From Eledone cirrhosa (taxonomy: Eukaryota), in assembly GCA_964016885.1 (NCBI GenBank), contig OZ024745.1:55428001-55492000 (forward strand): DNA of 64,000 nt, read 5' to 3'. Shown one piece after another: positions 11,401 to 23,324 of this stretch. Both the position numbers and the translations under genes were made by a program. Position 1 is the stretch's first letter. Each line of letters begins with the position of its first letter. The notes beneath the pieces were generated by a model that was given only the letters and a program-made list of their open reading frames with translations, ran no database searches and had not been told where the DNA came from.

Positions 11401-13970
11401 GTCTATCTAAGTCAACTTCACAGATCACAAATGTGTGGTCCGTGTAGTCAACTACTTTAAACTGTGGACAACCTACACTAGCCTTATCTGTTTCGCTACA
11501 GAATACTCTATCTAAATACAATCTGGATGACCCAATGCGGTTTGCTCATATCCACATTGGTTCATTCGGATAATCCATTCTATACCTGTCAGACAGTTCA
11601 AAACGTCTGAGCAGGTTGTTGAGGCTTTTACACCCTCCTGCACTGTCTACTAGCCCCACATAATCCCAGTGTGCATCTACGATACCGTTCTAGTCGCCCA
11701 CTAACAGTAAAGAGCGGGACGTTCCAAGAAAGGTCTCTAGACGTCTGAAGAAACCTGGCCGTTCTGCCCCTGTTGGCGCGTGACGGCTACTAGCCTGAAA
11801 GCATTGCCTTCGCTGCCGGTCACGTCCAGCACCACCGACTAACCTTCTGGGTCCAGGAAGATGGCCCATATGGCGAGATCCAAGCCTCTCTGAAAAAGCA
11901 CAGCAACTCCTCCCCCCGATCCTGGACGACTGGGAGATCCGTTTACATCGTTCGTAGCCGCCGAAGATCGGTACGAAGACTCATGCTTCGTAGATTGCGG
12001 TCTCGCTGATGACCACCATATCTATGTTTAGTGACCTGAGGTTTCGAGCATGTGGCACTGCTTCCATGACGACCCCAGTCCACACGAATTTATGCTGCCT
12101 AATCTGAGTAAGGTCATGTTGAAAAGGAGTGGAAAAAGATGGGAAAGTCCACTTACCTCACTTCTTGTGGAGGAAAGATGGTTTCTTCGTCCTTCTCACG
12201 GTTTGTGCCCCCCCCCCCCCTCCGTAAGGATGTCTTTATAAATCCTTCTGGAGAGTGTTTGTCGGAAGTTTCCGATGTCCTTGTGGAATTTTAATATTAG
12301 TGTCGTATACGTTTCCTGTGTGATGCGAGTGATTTGTATGTGTGTGTGTGGGGGGGGGGGGTGAATTTGTTGGGGTGTTGTATAGTATTTTTCTGTGATG
12401 ATTCTGTTGTGTTGGATGTAGTATAATAATTGGTTGTTCAAATTTAATGCTGTGTAGTGTGTATCGTTTTGGTTGCTTAGTTTTGTTTGCCCTTGTTGTG
12501 GGGTTGTTTCTGTTTGGCTTGTTGGTGATTTTTGTGGTGTTGGTGATGGTGGTGATGGTGTTGGTGTTTGTGGTGATGGGGCTGTCTTAACTTCTTTGTT
12601 AGCTTGTTTGTTTGTTTCGCCTTGCATTTTGTTTTTGGAGGGCGAAGGAAGGGGATTTTTTCTTTTTTGATTTCTTTTTTTTCTTTTTTCCTGATAGTTT
12701 CCCACTCCTCCTCGTCGTCACAACTGTCTCCAGTTGCGATAGGTCGGGGAGTGGAAAATCCTCTACGGGCGTTCGTTTTGGTTGTGGCGTGGTGGATGGT
12801 GGAGGCGCTGGTGCTAATTCTGGCGCGGTGGGTGGTGCTACAGTTGCTTCTGTTGTTGCTGCTACAGTTGTTGCTGCCATTTCTGATGCTGGTTTTGATG
12901 CTGGTTTTGATGCTTGCTGTGGGTTCCAAAGAATACGCCCACGTCTGACGTGGGTTTTTTGAGCCCACACATGTCCCAAAGCTTTTTGTATCTGGAACTC
13001 GGATGATCGTTCAACTCGGCACGTTTTAATAGTTATCATCCGATATCACACTGTGCATAGGCGACGATGCTCCATGGTATTAGATTTGAGGCTGTCCCTG
13101 TAACCATGTTTTTTTACCATTCGCTTGGCTTCATTCAATTCTTCCTGGCTTACCTCAACCGTTTCATTTGTGTTTGTAGCTTTAGCAAATGACATATTTG
13201 GTTTTACGCTAGTGTTGATATGGTTGTTATTATTCTTATTATTGATGTTGTTGTTGTTGTTGTTATTTTTGTTATTATTATTTTTTTAGTTTCAGTTGTG
13301 TTTTATTCAGTGGCGTTCGGCGTGGAAGAGTCGAATTTTGGAGAATCCATTTCGATATCACGAGAAAATAATTTATTTTTTGTTTCAGTTGTTGCTGTGG
13401 TGGTGGTGGTGGCGGTGGTATCAGTGGTGCTGGTTGTTCTTTTTGTCATAGTGGTGGTGGGGATGGCGGCTTTAATACCTGTAGACATTTGTAATGGCGG
13501 GAAATCCATGTCTGCATGTAACAAATGTAAATAATTGCCACTGCTATTACATATATTTTCAGTGTTGGCATTTTTTTCTTTTATATGTATTTTGGTTGTC
13601 GCTATTATTGTTGTAGTTGGTGTGATAATTTTTTTTTAATTAGTGTTCTCAGTGTTGTTATCTCTGTTCACGTTGTTTGTGGTGGTGTTTCTTGTATGAA
13701 TTTCTGTAGCCCTACTCTAAACTTTTAAGCCGTTGTCACACGACAGCAGACCTATTGCTGGGGGCGTGGTTCAGCCATGTTTTTTTGTTTTTTTTTTTTA
13801 AGTAAAATGTTCAAATATTATACTTTCACAAAGGTCCAAATATTATACTTTCCCCTCTCAGGGCAAAAACCAAGGGCTTATATCCTTTACACAACAAGAC
13901 AAATTTAAATACAAATAATTATAATTAAAGCGACTTACTGGGAGCGAGCTAAAAGACGTCGGAACAGACC
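8470..13970 (-). mobile_element. Tx1-clade LINE copy 2, decayed, with an internal deletion in ORF1
   Basis: ORF2 fragments 8732..12117 are homologous to copy 1 (DQSKAFDRV, YADD, GKSPGVDG). ORF1 starts MAEPRP like copy 1. Same 3' end; (AAT)n flanks. Confidence 0.93.
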
Positions 13971-13988
13971 AATAATTATAATAATAAT

Positions 13989-14171
13989 AATTGTTTCTAC
14001 TTTTGGCACTAGGCCAGCAATTATCCCTTGCGGGAGGGGAAAGTCGATTAAATCGACCCCGTAAGAATGAGAGACAAAGTTGATCTCGGCGGGATTTGAA
14101 CTCAGTTCGTAAGGGACGTAACTCTGTGCTGTAAAGCATGGCATCCGACCCTCTACCAATACTGCCAATCT
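13989..14171 (-). mobile_element. tRNA-derived SINE
   Basis: A-box-like TGGCAGTATTGG, B box GAGTTCAAATCC, core and CCTAGTGCCAAAAGTAGAAACAATTATT tail. Confidence 0.9.
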
Positions 14172-14193
14172 AAATAATAGTAATAATAATAAT

Positions 14194-16750
14194 GCTTTCT
14201 TTATTAACCACAAGGGTTGGCATAAAGTATAACATTACGGACAGCACAGGACAGTACAGGATGGTACAAATGTGTATTTCTGTGTGTAAAAAACAAAAAC
14301 AAAATTACATGTATGAAAATAAAAGGATGTAACAAGAACAATATTACCCAATGGTGTGGGTGTGGGGTGACTTCCGAGGATCACTCCTGGAGAATGCACA
14401 CAAAAAAGCCACGTTCACCCTGACGCTAGGGCAAGCGCCCTCTTCCAGTTTTCCTCGTACGATACTACAGACACACGCTCAGGGCAGACCCATTCACACG
14501 GGCCATTCTTACCTGTCTCACCCGCCTTTCACCAAACTGGCTGGAAGGCAGCTCTTCCCTCTCCAACCTAATTTTATTTTTTATGTGGAACCTGAAAAGT
14601 TTAAAGAGGGCATCACGGAACAATAAACTACCGGTGTTCAAACCTTTCAAACGAGTCTACTATACGACCTCTTTTACCATGGCCACCAGGCAGATAAAAC
14701 CTTCCTGCCCCTCCTGGTTAAAGGAGGGTGTTGGGGGGCAATCTTCACTATGGATTCAGCTGATAACCGGATACGTCCTACACGTGACAGCATATGTTTG
14801 ACATAAACCCTCAAGTCAGCGATGCTCGGACACTGGACGAGTGTGTGCAGGACTGTTTCAACGCCCTGCGTGTATCTCGGACAGGCCCGTCTAACGGCAC
14901 TTACATGCCTATAGAGTTTATCCAGAACTGGCAAATCTCCTCGGAGGCTCTGCCAGGCCAGGAAAGTCTGGAAGTCGTCCATTGGCCCCGGCCAGAAAGT
15001 TATCCCGAAAAGATTGACTAGTTTATTTTCGTCGACGCCCAGAGTCTCCCCAAGGACATCGTCGCACTTTCCCTCCATCAACCCTCTATAGAACGCGAAG
15101 GTGGAGTTTCCACCATTCGCATCGCCCGACATGTCGAGGGCTGTGAGCACCTGGAGACATTCCAGGCTCCAAGCGCTCCCTCTCGTTCTTCGCTTGACCC
15201 AGAACTGTATCTTGATATCCAAACTTGTACAGAACAACACAGCCTCTCCCCACCCCCAGATCCGGGACTGCTTGGAGACGTATACACCTCATAGCCGCCG
15301 GAAATGGGTGCAAATGCACGTGCCCCGGAAATTCTGGTCTCACTGAGAGCCACGACATATATGTTTAGCGATCGTTGAGCAGGTGAGCATGCTTCGAAGA
15401 CGACCCCAGGCCACATGCATTTATGCTTCCTATCCTGAGAGAAGCCATGTTGGCTAAGATAGGAGGAAAACAAGTGAGAGGTGAAAAGTGAAGATTTTAC
15501 CTGTGGCTCTTTTTCAGGAAGGTGTGGATGATCTATCACTCCGATCAGTGGTGGATTTCACCACGAGAATGTCAGAGTATATTCTTTTAATGAGGCTTGC
15601 TCGATAGTCTCCAACTGACGCGGGGAACATTTTCTTTAGTGTTGTGTAATTCCTTTGAGTGATTTCAATTATTTTTATATATGTGGGAGGTGCAATTTTG
15701 GTTGTCTGCATGTTGTGCTTTCCTGCGATGTTGTTGAGGTGTTGGATGAAATTTAAAAGAATTGTGTTGTGCGCGTCTATAGCTGTGTATTGTGTCTGCT
15801 TTGGGGATGTTGGTGCTACCTTCGTTTGCTGTGGTGTTGCTGAAGGTGACGATGGGGTCGATGATAATGGTGTCGGTGATCGTGGTAGCGGCGGTGGCGT
15901 TTTCATTGGTGGTGGTGATGGTGTAAGTGGTTGTGGGGGGGGGGATGTTGATGGTGATGGCGGTGGGGTCATTGACCTTTTAATTTTTTTTTCTCCTCTT
16001 TTTTTTTGCCGCGATGGTTTTCCAACCTTCAGCGTCACCACACTCCTTTTCCGATTTAGCGATATTGTGAAGGGGCATGCTCTCCATTGGTTTTGTTGGC
16101 GCTGATGGTGGTGGAGGACATGGTGCATTTTTCGTTGGTGCTAGGGTTTTTTCTGCCATTGCGGCCTTGGGTGGCTTGGCCACTCTAGTCGTGGGGCTCG
16201 GCGTAGGGAGAAAGGGAGAGCGCGTACCCGCCTTGATGAGTTTGGGGCAGACGTCCTTAAGGTACGCCTTGTCATCACACACTTGACACCTAGGGTTTCT
16301 ACATTCAACAGACACTGCTACATGGTTGCATCGTCCAGGTCGATCACATTTGGGAATGGCCTCTATGCTCTCATGGTCTGCTTGGATGATTAGCTCCATC
16401 TCCGAGCCTGACAAGTTTTCCTGTCTTATCTGCATGACGTCTAGGACTGCTGTTCACTCCTCTATGTCATTGAGGATAGCTGCCAACTGCCAAGCGATCT
16501 CCACTGAGGGCGGAACCTGGGTAACTCGGACCTTCGCGAATCTCTGGCTGCAGTTGGTGGGCAGCATCACTCTTTCGTCGATGTGGAGTTGCGTAATGGA
16601 GTGTACTCTGCCTTCTTCGGGTGTAGCGAAGAGAACATCCACTGTGCCAAACTTGCTATGTAGGTTTTCTGTGCCCAGACGTCACACATAGCCCTTTGAA
16701 CCTACGACTCGGTCGCCCATTCCACCCGGCGCGATTTCAGTCGAATTGTG
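14194..16750 (-). mobile_element. Tx1-clade LINE copy 3, 5'-truncated, lacking most of the endonuclease and all of the RT
   Basis: ORF1 remnant with decayed knuckle (CQVCDDKAYLKDVC). ORF2 N-terminus (LSETRIS) is fused at ~15205 to the C-terminus (FWVKRR..CPRY..ETVLH). Same 3' end; 5' boundary approximate. Confidence 0.88.
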
Positions 16751-18812
16751 CGGTAGTAGACAGAACACAAACGCCGGTTGGCAACTTCTTAGAAATGATA
16801 AATAAAGAAATGCGTTTTACATGCGAAGGCCTCGCAGAACCTTTCCACAACAACAACACACCGTTAAAAATATTTTCCAGTTAGAATCGAACAAACAATG
16901 TCGAGATTAAGAAATGTAGCCATTCCAATGTATACATAAATATTAAATAGATTTACTCTTTCGGAAACTAATTACTGGAAGAAAACCTAAAATTATAAAA
17001 AAAAAGAATTACTTATAAAATCTAATGAACAAATATATGACATACTTTAGACGCTAATAATTATAGTTTAGAAATTCATTTAAAATGAGTAGTTATTGGA
17101 TTTATTATGCTGCACGTCAATTTCCATCAGCCAGACGTTTGATGGATGTTACTTCATAGGTTTCCTGGAAAACGTGCTCCTACTAACATTCTATATAACG
17201 TGCCACTTTCTTACGGAGAGAGTAACGGCTTTTTGAAGAATTTGCCACTATTTCTAGCATATTGTTGGAACATGTGTGTGTGTGTGTCTGTGTGTACATA
17301 TATATAGAGTCCTTTAACATTATTTTTCTTGTTTACTCCGATGTCAATCTGATTGATTAACATTATGGGTAAACACATTGCACCCATCACAATGCCATTG
17401 TGATACAAACATTGTGTATTAGAAACGGTATTTCTCTTTTTATGAAATGATAATCGCGTTTTCCCATTTCAAAGATATCAATCAAGAGCATCTTGGATTC
17501 CTGGACATATCGCATATATTAGTTTTATATTAATATAAAAGGCAATTTTCTATACAGTTTCATGTCTGTGTTATGATAATTGACAATTAATAATTTACAA
17601 TTAATGATAATAGAATGTAGTGTAAAGTGTATCAATTTTCATCTAAATACCTAAATTTATATTCAAAATATACTTCAATAATTATTTCTTCGATTGAATT
17701 CAATCAAAATATTGTAATTGAATTTTCTATAAAAAATACCTTTAGGTAATATATAAACAGAACAGTGTCAATGTCCATGTGATCGATAAGTATTATGCAT
17801 ATTTATTATATGGCATATCATTATTGGTAAAATGTGAGTAGCTAAATTATAAGCTGGATGTTCAATATAAAAGCATTTCACATCCCCAATAGAACACAAT
17901 AAAATAAATATGTATTGGATGATCTTTGATATCATGGTTAACACGGAGTAAAGCCGACAATCAATGTCCTCGACATATGTGATAAATGAAATGAATTTAT
18001 GTTTAGCTACTGGTACTGGTGCGTTTTCACTAATTCCCGCTAAAGTCTGAAAACCGGAGATAACCAAACCAATATAGTTTACCCTCCAAAGCTTTCTTAA
18101 ACGCATTTATACCTCCGGTGATGGAATGCAAGGCATAATATAATCTATCCATCAGAGTACATGCTAGAAATTACGGGCCTATCCTTCTATATGCAGGTGG
18201 ATATTCTCGCATATCCATCTAAATCCTATTATAATTCACATTTGACATGGCCGGTAGAAATTGCTTCTATCCTATTTTTTCATTGCCACCCAACCCATTA
18301 GATACCCAGCTTGCAACAGCAGATACAGTAGCCCGATTGCAGGAGATGGTTTTTACCTCTTTGTTATTTTAGGTTTCTCTCCCAACTCGCTTGCTGATGT
18401 AAGCCATGGTCTTAACTTAGTTGATTATCGACTGATAATAAAAGAAATTAACAGATGTTTTCATTGCTGGAAACTGCGTAGTACGGGCGTATTCAAAATG
18501 TGATTACTTTGACGGTTTTCTGTTAAACAGTCGAACTAATGGCAACATGGAATTTGTGTACAATTGCCGTAAAACATTTATTGTTGAAGATTTGACTGTA
18601 AATAAATGATTTCTTGCGCCCCTGTTTATTGGGTATTTATCTGCAATTCAATCAATACTGTTGACTACATTACTATTATATATATATATATACATAATAA
18701 AACACACACACGCATGCATACATTAACACAAACACAAGCATACACACATACACACACATATACACCCACACACGCACACACACACACACACATAAATATA
18801 TATATATATATA

Positions 18813-19291
18813 CATTATGAAGAGAGAAGAAACATTTTAGATATAATTAGTAATAAAATGTATCATACCTAAACTGCTCCTAGATTCCTCGACTACGTAG
18901 TTTCGTGGCATAAACAAAAACAATATATCATAAAGATATAGAGTCTTTGCGAGGTCTGCCGACTTATCAAGAGGATACCTCATTTTACTAGCTTCAAGAA
19001 CGCGTCTACACGACGTGAGAAAGAATCCCAAAAGGCGGAGGGGGAGATAGTCACGCGATATAACGGTCGAGAAACAGAGCTAAGCCTCCTATAACCCCGA
19101 AGAAAATACCACGGAGGCGGAGGGGGTATTTATATCGAAGCCGTAGAAGAGGTGGTGAAGGAGGCGAGAAGTATGAGTAATGGCAGCTTTCCAGCAGTCA
19201 TCACACTTCAAAGATTACTCAACCAGAGGGAGTTATTAACAATATATTTAGAAACACACATGTGTGTCCGCATGTATCTGTGTGTTTCTAA

Positions 19292-19298
<7 letters not shown>
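18813..19298 (-). mobile_element. Hammerhead-bearing non-coding repeat, family A, partial copy with short terminal inversion
   Basis: Highly similar to 21819-22755 and 50137-50690. Bounded by (TA)n; inverted end at ~19241-19298. Confidence 0.85.
18886..18975 (-). ncRNA. Type I hammerhead ribozyme motif, family A (U3-A8 core)
   Basis: TCCTC-TTGATAA-stem II-GAAA-CTACGTAG-TC-GAGGA on the minus strand. Confidence 0.72.
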
Positions 19299-19366
<68 letters not shown>

Positions 19367-21186
19367 TTTCACTTTAACGCAGGGAATAAAACTTTTATTC
19401 TCATTACAAAATAGAGGAGGATTTTTGTCTGTATCCGGTACTTCTTTAAGTGTATTCATATTGGGTTGGTGTGTTCCTTTCTATGCACTATCATACCAAG
19501 CACACCGATATAATGTAGAAATGATTCTTTTGGTTTCATATTTTCTGTCTATCATGCAGTATTCTATCGCATGTTCTATTCTGTGGTTTTTGTTTTATAC
19601 TTATTTCCCAACCCTTCAGGTATTTGGTCTATTTCATTCAATCTTTTTATATTAACTAGTCGTGGTCAGCATACGTTAGCTTGCTATATGTTTCTTTCAT
19701 CTGGTATTTTATTGATATGATGTATATCTTACAGCATTCATCAGTCATGCATTATATATTTATATTTATATTGCGATTTCGATGCATAATATAGTTATAT
19801 TTGCATGTGACCTTATTGGGTGTTCAGGGGTTGTTTTCTAACATTCATGCACGTTGCTAAGCATCTATCGTAGAAATATTACTATTACTTCAACAAGGAG
19901 ATTTATAAACTGTCCGTCACATTCTGTGCAAAAGTGTTGGTATGTGTTGTTTTTCGTGCATTTTTGTAATGCATTGCTTCATAATACTAGGGTTAGATAT
20001 TAGAGCTTGGAGGTGTCTAGTGAGGTGTGTCATCAACTATGTATTAACTCAAGATATTTGTATTTGATTTTAGTAATCCTGTACATTGTTCTTTGGTGTA
20101 CTGGCAGACGGCAATATGGAATTGGTTAAATCATATACATATGGTGATATCCTGAAAACAATATTGATGGAAATGTGTATTAGTGTTTTGGTATGTAATG
20201 GAAGGGATATAAACCTTTAGCCAAGTTGTATTTGAGGTTCAAATGAATTTGGTCTATTTGAAGCATGTAGTGTGTGGTGTTGCCACTGCATGGATTAAGT
20301 CTTGGTCTCTGTCTGAAAGTCATCAACCCAACACTCATCCTGGGTTAGAAGACATTCAAGGAAACCGACTGGATTTGCCTAAAAAAATGTTAGATTTTCT
20401 TGTGATATACTCAGCCTGGTGCAACTTTGGTTACGTGTCAGAAGTGGCAGTCACTTTACAATCCCATCAAATATTTTATTCTTCTGGTTGATAAAATAAT
20501 ATAAAACCTGATTTAGAACCAACTATATCTGAAAATATACTAAATGTTATTTTTTTTTATGAAGTTTCACTTTTCGGGGAAATTCCTATTTCTAATGTGC
20601 GTACATGTCTATATGTTGAAGTTCTGTATATTTATATACCTATTGCCACAATCTTGTTTACTTCCTCTGTATATATAAATATGTCTACCAGACACTTCGG
20701 TTGCTCTGTGTATTTCCTAATATTTCTATATCGCAATATTTATATATGTAAATGAGTGTGTATATTGTGAATAAGAGAGAGGTGATCATATGGTCATTTA
20801 AAGTTGATTTATCATCATTTCCTCCAGATAAACAGGGCCTCGTTATATTATATATATATTTTTTTATAATTTTAATTCATATATCATACCTAGCAATCAT
20901 ATGTATTAATACGGCTTTCAAGATGAAACTTGTGTGGTGAATAAATACAAACAGTAATTCCCAAGAAAATTAATTTTTTATAATTAGTTGCAGTTCCCAC
21001 AGTAAATTTTTGTATTGACTGATTACATGATAGCGCACGAGATATTATCAATATTGTTTTATATTTATTTATTTTCATGTTTAACTCTCAAAGCTTTTCA
21101 AATTCTACATATATGTGGAAGTAAATATCATATATTCCCACTCCCTCTCGTCGTCTTCCCCTCTATATATCTCTCTCTTTCTTTTC

Positions 21187-21376
<190 letters not shown>

Positions 21377-21737
21377 CGCAGGTGTGTATGTGTATGTGAG
21401 TGTAAGCAAGTGTGCGTCTGTATGTACGTACTTATTTCTATAATATTTATATTTAAAATAACTAGATGCTGCAGTTTGAAGAATGACAAGGCGGCCAAAG
21501 AGAAAGAGCTCAAACAATTACATTATGCGTTATCTCCATACAAGTTTCAACTAGTGATGTTAGTATAGAGTCACGTGAAAGAAAGAAATAGTATAGTTAA
21601 GGTTGTTCCGTTAAATTTCAGAAAATGAATCCAACGCAACATGGAACCGTGTTTTAAACAGACACACACAGACACATATATAGCCACACAATTGTACATG
21701 CATTGCTACATAGATGGATATATATACAAACACCTAA

Positions 21738-21821
<84 letters not shown>

Positions 21822-21890
21822 TATGAAGAGAGAAGAAACATTTAGATATAATTAGTAATAAAATGTATCATACCTAAACTGTTCCTAAAT

Positions 21891-21978
21891 TCCTCGACTA
21901 CGTAGTTTCGCGGCATAAACAAAAACAATATATCAAAGATATAGAGTCCTTGCGAGGTCTGCCGACTTATCAAGAGGA
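21891..21978 (-). ncRNA. Type I hammerhead ribozyme motif, family A
   Basis: Reverse complement of 22428-22515. Confidence 0.78.
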
Positions 21979-22427
21979 TACCTCATTTTACTAGTCTCAA
22001 GAACGCGTCTACACGACGTGAGAAAGAATCCCAAAAGGCGGAGGGGGAGATAGTCACGCGATATAACGGTCGAGAAACAGAGCTAAGCCTCTTATAGCCA
22101 CGAAGAAAATGCATTCATGTATATATGTGTGTGTCCGCATGTATCTGTGTGTTTCTAAATATATTAATAACTCCCTCTGGTCGAGCAATCTTTGAAGTGT
22201 GGGGACAACTGGAAAGCTTCCATTACTCATACTTCTCGCCTTCTTCACTACCTCTTCTACGGCCTCGATACGAATACCCCCTCCGCCTCCGTGGTATTTT
22301 CTTCGTGGCTATAAGAGGCTTAGCTCTGTTTCTCGACCGTTATATCGCGTGACTATCTCCCCCTCCGCCTTTTGGGATTCTTTCTCACGTCGTGTAGACG
22401 CGTTCTTGAGACTAGTAAAATGAGGTA

Positions 22428-22515
22428 TCCTCTTGATAAGTCGGCAGACCTCGCAAGGACTCTATATCTTTGATATATTGTTTTTGTTTATGCCGCGAAA
22501 CTACGTAGTCGAGGA
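22428..22515 (+). ncRNA. Type I hammerhead ribozyme motif, family A (U3-A8 core, long stem II)
   Basis: Stem I TCCTC/GAGGA, core TTGATAA (22433-39), stem II G(T)CGGCA/TGCCGC, GAAA (22497-500), palindromic stem III CTACGTAG, GUC cleavage triplet. Confidence 0.8.
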
Positions 22516-22766
22516 ATTTAGGAACAGTTTAGGTATGATACATTTTATTACTAATTATATCTAAATGTTTCTTCTCTCTTCATAATGTATTTTTAACTCT
22601 GATACTGGTTCAGTCTGGTTCAAACTGAATTGGTCTGTCCCAGTCATTCATTGAGCAACATTGGTGAAGTTGGCACCCTTAACTCACAGTTGGGTACGGA
22701 TGCATTCATGTATATATGTGTGTGTCCGCATGTATCTGTGTGTTTCTAAATATATATATATATATA

Positions 22767-22985
22767 TAGGAACCAGTAAGACCCCGACGGCTGAGCTCAA
22801 GCCGTTTCGACGGCTAATTCGACGGCTAATTCTTTTTTTTTTAGTCCAGAATTAGCCGTCGAAACGGCTACAGCTCAGCCGTCGGGGTCTTACTGGTTCC
22901 TATTAGCCACTCTACTACCCTAAGTATTGAGTACTTTGGTGCTTTATGGTCCACCTGGTTCCTTACCACATTTCCTTCGTTATAT
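22767..22985. repeat. Fold-back repeat containing the 3' half of a hammerhead (family F)
   Basis: Arms ~22767-22820 and ~22849-22902 are reverse complements. Stem II GACGGCTAATTC/GAATTAGCCGTC, then GAAA-CGGCT..AGCCG-TC; no CTGANGA. Confidence 0.7.
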
Positions 22986-23099
22986 ATATATATATATATA
23001 TAGTGGTAGAACACTGGAAGGTAATATCCGTAGTGGTAGAGCACTCTGTCCAAGGGACGAGTTAGATAGAAGTGGTTACACAACAGTTAGTTCACCATA

Positions 23100-23138
23100 C
23101 CGAGAACAATTGTTTCACCTTCGCGGATCTTCAGCTCG
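23100..23138 (-). ncRNA. Minimal type I hammerhead motif, family B (mirror copy)
   Basis: Reverse complement arm of 23144-23183. Confidence 0.72.
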
Positions 23139-23143
23139 AGATC

Positions 23144-23183
23144 CCGAGCTGAAGATCCGCGAAGGTGAAACAATTGTTCTCGG
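23144..23183 (+). ncRNA. Minimal type I hammerhead motif, family B
   Basis: CCGAG-CTGAAGA-tCCgcgaaGGt-GAAA-CAATTG-TT-CTCGG. Stem I is perfect, stem III is palindromic, triplet GUU. Confidence 0.8.
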
Positions 23184-23210
23184 TATGGTGAACGAACTGT
23201 TGTGTAACCA

Positions 23211-23268
<58 letters not shown>

Positions 23269-23324
23269 TATATATAATATATAAAAAGACGTATGTATGT
23301 GTGTGTGTTTGTACATAAATACAC

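Larger units (their letters stand above)
21819..22755. mobile_element. Family A insertion: inverted partial copy (21819-22110) plus a full 591-nt unit with ~55-nt terminal redundancy (22109-22755)
   Basis: 22109-22164 is repeated at 22700-22755. 21819-22110 is the reverse complement of ~22296-22588. (TA)n on both flanks. Confidence 0.88.
23070..23213. repeat. Near-perfect 144-bp palindrome made of two family B hammerhead fragments
   Basis: Arms of ~69 bp with about one mismatch around a short spacer at ~23139-23144. Confidence 0.92.

Noticed and set aside
17768-18106. 112-aa ORF, and similar ORFs at 55605-55952 and 56372-56762
   Set aside because: No motifs or splice support; lengths are compatible with chance.
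20248-20315. Short similarity to 54242-54305
   Set aside because: Probably an old dispersed repeat; too short and diverged to classify.
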